Positions 17,863-22,891 of a stretch of DNA of 22,891 nt are shown here, one piece after another (within the stretch, counting starts at the first letter, position 1; the number at the start of each line of letters is the position of its first letter). Both the position numbers and the translations under genes were made by a program. Source of the stretch: Candidatus Aenigmatarchaeota archaeon (GTDB taxonomy: Archaea; Aenigmatarchaeota; Aenigmatarchaeia; CG10238-14; WAMV01); contig WAMV01000005.1 of the NCBI GenBank assembly GCA_015522145.1, positions 1 through 22,891 on the forward strand. Reading direction: 5' to 3'. Under the pieces are notes generated by a model. That model was given only the letters and a program-made list of their open reading frames with translations. It was not told where the DNA came from and did not search any database.

Positions 17863-20348
17863 GGTAATTTCACCATTAAAACTTTTGATTCGCCATTTTC
17901 CATAGTAACTCCATATATTCTATCTGCTAGCTTAAGTGTTTGATCGTTATGCGTAATAACGATAAACTGAGTGTTTTTGGAAAGTTTTTTAACGTATTGG
18001 GCAAATTTTTTGGAATTTTCTTTGTCTAAGGCAGCATCTACCTCGTCTAAAACATAAAATGGAGCCATTCTGTAAAATTGTAATGCAAATATGAAAGCTA
18101 AAGCAGTTATGCTTTTTTCCCCACCAGACAAAGCATCTATGTTAATTGGTCTTCCTCCCTTTGGGTTTGCCTTAATGATTAGGCCGGCATTTATATCATC
18201 ATTTTCTAGCTCTAGCGTAGCGTTGCCTCCAGTTAAGTTATAAAAAACTTCTGCAAATTTAGCTGAAACCTTATTAAATGTTTTCATAAAAACTTCTCTC
18301 TTCTTTTCTTCAATCTCGTTAATCAGTTTTATGATGTCTTGTCTTTCTTGAACTATTTTTTCGTATTTTTCTTTGAACTCTTCAAAGTCTTGCTTAGCTT
18401 TTTCATATTCTTCCACAGCCCTCCAGTTTATAGCTCCTAAACTTCTCAATTCTTGCTCTTTTTTCAGAAGCATATCTCTTAAAACGTTAGGAGCTTCTTT
18501 AATTGGTTTAACATCTTCATATTCTTTAAGCTCTTCTTGCAAAGAGTTTATTTCTACATCTAGCTTAGCTATTTCTATCTTCAAGCTGTTAATTTTGTTA
18601 TCAATTTCTGTTTTCTTCAAGTATAGCTTCTTTCTTTTTTGCTTTAATTTTTCAAGCTCAGTTTCTGAAATTATCTTAGCCTTTTCTAACTGTTTGTATT
18701 GAGTGGTGTCAACGACCAAGCTAGAAATTTTCTGTTCCAACTCTTTGTTGATTTTCTCCAGCTTTTCTATCTGTTCTAGCAATTTTTCTCTTTGTTTTAT
18801 TGCCATGTCTATTTCTTTGGAAATTTTCTTAGACATTGCATCTGGATGATGTGTAGTTATATAACCACCAGTAATATAGCCAGTTGTTTCTATTAAATCT
18901 CCATCAAGGGTTACCATTCTTGCTTTCCCAACACCTATTCTTTTAGCAACCTCTAAATCTTTAACCACTAGTGTATTTCCAAAAACATATTCTATTGCTT
19001 TTATGAATCTTGAATCGTATTTGACTAAATCGCTAGCCAAACCATAAACTCCATATTCTTTAAGCAAGCTTCTATCTACAACTTTGCGAACGGTTATCTT
19101 GTCTAAAGGTATAAAGTTTGCTCTACCAAGCTTTTTTTCTTTTAGAATTCTTATACATTGAAAAGCAACGTCTTCGTTTTCTACAATAATATCAAACAAA
19201 TGATGTCCAGCTGCAACTTCTATAGCAATCTTAAACTTTTCTGGAACTTTAATCACATCTTTTACGATTCCATAAACACCCTTTATGTTCATAGATAACA
19301 ATTCTTTAACCGGTCTTGGTATAGTTGCAGAAATTTCTTCCATTCGTTCTTCCAAGCTTCTGAGTTTTTCAATGTTCTGTTCTATTCTTTTTATTTCGTT
19401 TTTGTAGCTTTCTATAAGCTGCTTATTCAGCTCTAACTGGGATTTAAGTCTTATTCTTTCTCTTTCCTTCTCAATTTCTTTTGAGAATTTTAGGAGTTGG
19501 GAAAGTAACTTAGTAATATCCTGCTCCTTTTTAGCCAACTCTTCCTCTAACTTATTTATTTTTTCTTCTGTTTGAGTTAGATACTCTTTGTATATTTCAA
19601 TCCTATTAATAATTTTTTCTTTTTTTTGGTTGAGCTCGTTAAGTTTTGCATGCAATAAAGAGGCTTTTAGTACTTTGATTTTTCTACTTATTTCCTCATA
19701 CAGCTTAGCAGCTCTCATCTCTTCTTCAAGCTTCCTTACATTTCTCAACTTTTGTTCATAAATTATCTCAGCCTGTCTTAGCTTTTCATCAACTTTCTCT
19801 AAATCCCTTAAAGCTTTCTCTTTTCTTTGGTTGTATTCCTCTATGCCAGAAATTTCATCTATAATTCTCCTTCTTTCTACAGGGTTCATATCCAGTATTC
19901 TGGTAGTATCGCCTTGGTACACAATATTATAACCATCTGCCCTTATCTTAGCTATGGAAAGTACTTGCAATATTTTATCTCTTGTCGTGGTTCTTCCATT
20001 GAGTTTGTAAACAGACACACCTTTTTTATTTATTTTCCTGGTAATGATTATCTCGTCCTGATCAAAAGGGAAAACGCGCTTAGAATTGTCAAAATATATT
20101 TGTACCACAGCTTCTTGAGCACCTTTCTTTATGCCTGCGCCATCATAAATCAATTTTTGAAGCCTATCTGCCCTTAAGGACTTAGCAGAAATTTTGCCCA
20201 AAACAAAGGTTATAGCATCTACTATATTGCTTTTCCCAGAGCCGTTTGGTCCAGCTATAGCTGTAAACCCTTTAGAAAATGGTATAACAGTTTTTTTGTT
20301 AAAGCTCTTAAAACCCTGAATAACTATCTTGGTTATGTAAGTATCCAT
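17859..20348 (-). CDS. smc: Chromosome segregation protein SMC (short-armed, 829 aa)
   Basis: GFKSF, GPNGSGKSN, hinge GVYG...GRANFIPL...RMVTLDGD...GYITGG, LSGGE and LDEVDAALD. Confidence 0.96.
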   Translation of the reverse strand: MDTYITKIVIQGFKSFNKKTVIPFSKGFTAIAGPNGSGKSNIVDAITFVLGKISAKSLRADRLQKLIYDGAGIKKGAQEAVVQIYFDNSKRVFPFDQDEIIITRKINKKGVSVYKLNGRTTTRDKILQVLSIAKIRADGYNIVYQGDTTRILDMNPVERRRIIDEISGIEEYNQRKEKALRDLEKVDEKLRQAEIIYEQKLRNVRKLEEEMRAAKLYEEISRKIKVLKASLLHAKLNELNQKKEKIINRIEIYKEYLTQTEEKINKLEEELAKKEQDITKLLSQLLKFSKEIEKERERIRLKSQLELNKQLIESYKNEIKRIEQNIEKLRSLEERMEEISATIPRPVKELLSMNIKGVYGIVKDVIKVPEKFKIAIEVAAGHHLFDIIVENEDVAFQCIRILKEKKLGRANFIPLDKITVRKVVDRSLLKEYGVYGLASDLVKYDSRFIKAIEYVFGNTLVVKDLEVAKRIGVGKARMVTLDGDLIETTGYITGGYITTHHPDAMSKKISKEIDMAIKQREKLLEQIEKLEKINKELEQKISSLVVDTTQYKQLEKAKIISETELEKLKQKRKKLYLKKTEIDNKINSLKIEIAKLDVEINSLQEELKEYEDVKPIKEAPNVLRDMLLKKEQELRSLGAINWRAVEEYEKAKQDFEEFKEKYEKIVQERQDIIKLINEIEEKKREVFMKTFNKVSAKFAEVFYNLTGGNATLELENDDINAGLIIKANPKGGRPINIDALSGGEKSITALAFIFALQFYRMAPFYVLDEVDAALDKENSKKFAQYVKKLSKNTQFIVITHNDQTLKLADRIYGVTMENGESKVLMVKLP

Positions 20349-20386
20349 GCTCCCTAATTAATTTTATGGTTTTCAATCAAATAGAT

Positions 20387-20644
20387 TTAACTTACTGTAA
20401 AAATGTGTTTTAGCTCATTGGGAATTTTTATTTTGTTAAAATGGAGCAAAGCATCTAAGTACGCCCAAACTATGACAGCTGCTTCAAAAGCCTGTAGATA
20501 CATGCCTTTCTCATAAAAATGATTAGCATCTCTCCAGTATGCTTTAGCTAAGCTTAACAATTCGCTCTCTTCGATAGTTTCTAAATTTTCCATGACCTTG
20601 GAAATTTTATCAATTTCTTTCTTGGCTATATCTTTTAGGTTCAT
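20387..20644 (-). CDS. DUF357 domain protein
   Basis: AKAYWRDANHFYEKG...AFEA...WAYLDA pattern. Confidence 0.85.
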   Translation of the reverse strand: MNLKDIAKKEIDKISKVMENLETIEESELLSLAKAYWRDANHFYEKGMYLQAFEAAVIVWAYLDALLHFNKIKIPNELKHIFTVS

Positions 20645-20675
20645 AAATTTGTGTATGTTTATTAAAAATTAAAGT

Positions 20676-21596
20676 ATGGTACTAAACCCACCAGAAAGGT
20701 TATTAGAAAGGCTAAAAACTTTGTGGCCAGATGAGTATGAAGAAATTCTAAGTTATGCAGCTAGACCTTTACCTGATGCAATAAGAGTTAACACTTTAAA
20801 AATAAGTGTAAAAAAATTCTTGCAAATAACAGAATTAGAGCTTGAAAAAGTAAGTTGGTACAGGTATGCTTTCATTGTTAAAAATCAAGTAACTTTGGGC
20901 AACACTTTAGAGCATGTTTTGGGTTATGTTTATTCCCAATCTTTAGCTAGCATGCTTCCTGTTTTAGCTATGAAACCTAGAAAAAATGAAAAAATACTGG
21001 ATTTATGTGCAGCCCCAGGCTCTAAAACTACGCAAATAGCTCAGCATATGCAAAATACAGGCGTAATAGTAGCTAACGATATACATTATAAAAGACTTAA
21101 AGCTTTAGCTTCTAACCTTCAAAGATGTGGAGTAATGAACACTTTAGTTATACAAAAAAGAGGAGAAAAGTTATACAAGTTGACAAACGAAAAGTTTGAT
21201 AAAGTGCTTGTAGATGCGCCTTGTAGTGGGGAGGGTACTGTTAGAAAAGACGAATCAGCTTGGAACAATTGGAGCTATGGTAAAGTTAGTTATTTTTCAA
21301 AATTGCAAAAAAAACTGATAGTAAGCGCTTTTAACATGCTTAAGCCAGATGGTATTTTGCTTTATTCTACTTGCACTTTAGCACCAGAAGAGAATGAAGG
21401 TGTTATAGATTATTTGTTGAACAAATTTGAGAATGCTAGACTTGAGAAAATAAGAATTAATGGTGTTAAGCTAAGGCCTGGTATAGTTGAATTTGGAAAA
21501 TTTAGGTTTAGTGAAGAGGTAAAAAAATGTGCGCGAGTATTATTTCAAGATTTAGACTCGGAGGGATTTTTCCTTGCCAAAATTAGGAAAGTATGA
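20676..21596 (+). CDS. RsmB/NOP2 family RNA cytosine-C5 methyltransferase
   Basis: IRVNTLK, LDLCAAPGSKT, VDAPCSGEG and YSTCTL.PEENE motifs. Confidence 0.95.
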   Translation: MVLNPPERLLERLKTLWPDEYEEILSYAARPLPDAIRVNTLKISVKKFLQITELELEKVSWYRYAFIVKNQVTLGNTLEHVLGYVYSQSLASMLPVLAMKPRKNEKILDLCAAPGSKTTQIAQHMQNTGVIVANDIHYKRLKALASNLQRCGVMNTLVIQKRGEKLYKLTNEKFDKVLVDAPCSGEGTVRKDESAWNNWSYGKVSYFSKLQKKLIVSAFNMLKPDGILLYSTCTLAPEENEGVIDYLLNKFENARLEKIRINGVKLRPGIVEFGKFRFSEEVKKCARVLFQDLDSEGFFLAKIRKV

Positions 21597-22038
21597 AGTG
21601 TTGAGTGAAAAGGAAGTAAAGGAGTTTCATTCACGCTTAAGACTACAGTTTGGTATTGAAGCTAAATTTGATTTTGTATTGTTAAAAAGAAAAAATAGAA
21701 TATTGATTGCTAATAAAGAAATTTTGAAAAATAAAAAATTGTTCAAATTAAACGTGCAAAGAGCAGGTTTATACATCGCAAAAGTTGATGAAAAAAGTAT
21801 TAAGCTAAGTATAGAGGGTTCTCAAATTTTTGGAAAGTATGCTAAGAAAAATATTGTTGAGCTAAACGAAGAAGAGTTCAAAAAATGGATGCAAGGCTTA
21901 GATATTAGAAAATCTTTAGCTAAAGGTGTTTACATAGTAAAATACAAAGAACATTATCTAGGTACAACAACTTCTGATGGCAAAAGACTTATGAATAGAG
22001 TCCCTAAAGAAAGAAGGTTTAGTTTATCAGAGTCGTAG
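21574..22038 (+). CDS. PUA/Nip7-like partner of the m5C methyltransferase
   Basis: TTG start with SD GGAGG at 21560-21564; RAGLYI...KLSIEGSQ...KNIVEL...WMQGLDI resembles the RsmF C-terminal PUA-like region. Confidence 0.75.
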   Translation: MPKLGKYEVLSEKEVKEFHSRLRLQFGIEAKFDFVLLKRKNRILIANKEILKNKKLFKLNVQRAGLYIAKVDEKSIKLSIEGSQIFGKYAKKNIVELNEEEFKKWMQGLDIRKSLAKGVYIVKYKEHYLGTTTSDGKRLMNRVPKERRFSLSES

Positions 22039-22081
22039 GTCTTCATCATTAATCAGCGCTCAGCGGGTATCATCACTTAAT
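22024..22081 (-). ncRNA. Box C/D guide sRNA
   Basis: Minus strand: C GUGAUGA (22076-70), guide UACCCGCUGAGCG, D' CUGA (22056-53), C' AUGAUGA (22049-43), guide AGACCUACGACU, D CUGA (22030-27). All four boxes are consensus with 13- and 12-nt guides. Confidence 0.92.
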
Positions 22082-22083
22082 CA

Positions 22084-22221
22084 TGGGCCCGGCGGGATTC
22101 GAACCCGCGACCTACGGGTTTCTTTGCCATCATTAAATCAGAGCTTTTAAGCTCAGCTGGCTTAAAAGCCTCGGCGGCTTCACATCGCCTCCGCCGCTCT
22201 ACCATGCTGAGCTACGGGCCC
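22084..22221 (-). tRNA. tRNA-Lys(UUU) with two introns (30/31: 22190-22170, 21 nt; 37/38: 22162-22120, 43 nt)
   Basis: Acceptor GGGCCCG/CGGGCCC-A, D arm GCUC/GAGC, T arm GCGGG-UUCGAAU-CCCGC. Removing both BHB introns gives anticodon arm GCGGG-CUUUUAA-CCCGU. No encoded CCA. Confidence 0.92.
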
Positions 22222-22244
22222 TCTAAAAATTAATCTTACGTGAT

Positions 22245-22252
22245 TATTTAAA
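22245..22252 (-). promoter_or_regulatory. TATA box of tRNA-Lys/sRNA unit
   Basis: TTTAAATA on minus strand ~24 nt upstream of tRNA position 1. Confidence 0.65.
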
Positions 22253-22256
22253 AAAA

Positions 22257-22424
22257 TTAAATTTTTGGCAAAAGTAAGCCGTTCTTTTCCTCATACTCTA
22301 TTTCCTGTCCAACAAAGTTTTGAAGTTTTTCTGCATCACTTGCCTTTACAGATCTTTTAAATTGACCGTTTTCGTTTTCAAGCAAAACCCAATTCCTACC
22401 AACTTCAACAACCTTTGCTTTCAT
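22257..22424 (-). CDS. Small hypothetical protein (55 aa, absent from ORF track)
   Basis: MKAKVVEVGRNWVLLENENGQFKRSVKASDAEKLQNFVGQEIEYEEKNGLLLPKI*; fills the gap between rpl37e and the tRNA promoter, TTTAAATA ~28 nt upstream. Confidence 0.65.
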   Translation of the reverse strand: MKAKVVEVGRNWVLLENENGQFKRSVKASDAEKLQNFVGQEIEYEEKNGLLLPKI

Positions 22425-22460
22425 AAAATTATTTTTCTTATAAGCTGGATTATTTAAAAT

Positions 22461-22643
22461 TTAATAAGTTCTTTTCCCATGTCTTTTAGATTGCCAAGAA
22501 TAGCGCCTGAGTTTTTTAGTTTTACCATAACCACAAGATGCACAATAACCTTTAGAGAAATGATAACTTGTTTTACCACAACGCCTACAACGTATATGCT
22601 TTACACCAATTTTTTTACCAAAACTAGGAGTTCCTTTAACCAT
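22461..22643 (-). CDS. rpl37e: 50S ribosomal protein L37e
   Basis: KGTPSFGK...HIRCRRCG...CASCGYG motifs; SD GGTGA upstream. Confidence 0.97.
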   Translation of the reverse strand: MVKGTPSFGKKIGVKHIRCRRCGKTSYHFSKGYCASCGYGKTKKLRRYSWQSKRHGKRTY

Positions 22644-22663
22644 GTTTAGTCACCTTAAAAGAA

Positions 22664-22885
22664 TTATTCTACTGGGGTTGCGTAAACTATTGTGTCTCCT
22701 CTTATTAGCAAAGTTCCTACTTTAATTTTTGCGTTGCTGTTATTTACTTCTGCATCATCTAACCACAAGTTTAAATGCAAATCTAAGGCCTTTAAAGTGC
22801 CTGTAACTTCTTCCCCATTCTTTAATTTTACAAGAACTCTTTTTCCTTTTGCTCTATCTAATGCATCTATTGGTCTTTCACTCAT
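22664..22885 (-). CDS. Sm-like archaeal protein (SmAP1/Lsm)
   Basis: RP.DAL...GTLKALDLHLNL.LDDA...IRGD; conserved position upstream of rpl37e. Confidence 0.95.
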   Translation of the reverse strand: MSERPIDALDRAKGKRVLVKLKNGEEVTGTLKALDLHLNLWLDDAEVNNSNAKIKVGTLLIRGDTIVYATPVE

Positions 22886-22891
22886 GTTAAT

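Noticed and set aside
7043..20177. Shadow ORFs 7043-7291, 8195-8413, 11454-11636, 12598-12819, 13957-14262, 15808-16092, 16864-17196, 17389-17577, 18373-18702, 19827-20177
   Set aside because: All lie antisense within conserved genes and have S/F/L-rich reverse-strand composition.
16677..20348. Wadjet/MksBEFG-type defence system (SMC near a nuclease)
   Set aside because: SMC has a canonical hinge and canonical ScpA/ScpB; the downstream nuclease is ATP-cone/Mrr type, not JetD/Toprim, and is separated by the ncRNA.
1..22891. CRISPR array, transposase, integrase or intein
   Set aside because: No regularly spaced direct repeats or mobile-element ORFs seen; RtcB, Lhr and SMC show no insertions.

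Overview
AT-rich, densely packed archaeal chromosome segment; small intergenic gaps, overlapping stops and GC-rich stable RNAs suggest a thermophilic DPANN-type organism (inference). Protein genes: EMC6-like tail, SWIM finger, rhomboid, Dph2, RpoL, membrane-anchored DUF151 nuclease, a type IV pilus locus (2 pilins, 2 TadC, ATPase), eS26, archease and RtcB, an AT-rich three-gene islet (putative HEPN, unknown, PIN), Sec61beta (missed by the ORF track), Lhr helicase, ATP-cone/Mrr nuclease, a short SMC with ScpA/ScpB, DUF357, NOP2/RsmB m5C methyltransferase with PUA partner, L37e and Sm. RNA genes: a reduced RNase P RNA, a tRNA-Lys(UUU) with two BHB introns (the second appears to carry a C/D guide aimed at its own U34), and a box C/D sRNA directly behind the tRNA. 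The most striking item is an unrecognised ~234-nt structured RNA (16441-16674) with its own TATA box, a perfect four-way junction and a double loop-loop docking interaction. All folds were derived by hand; no searches were run.
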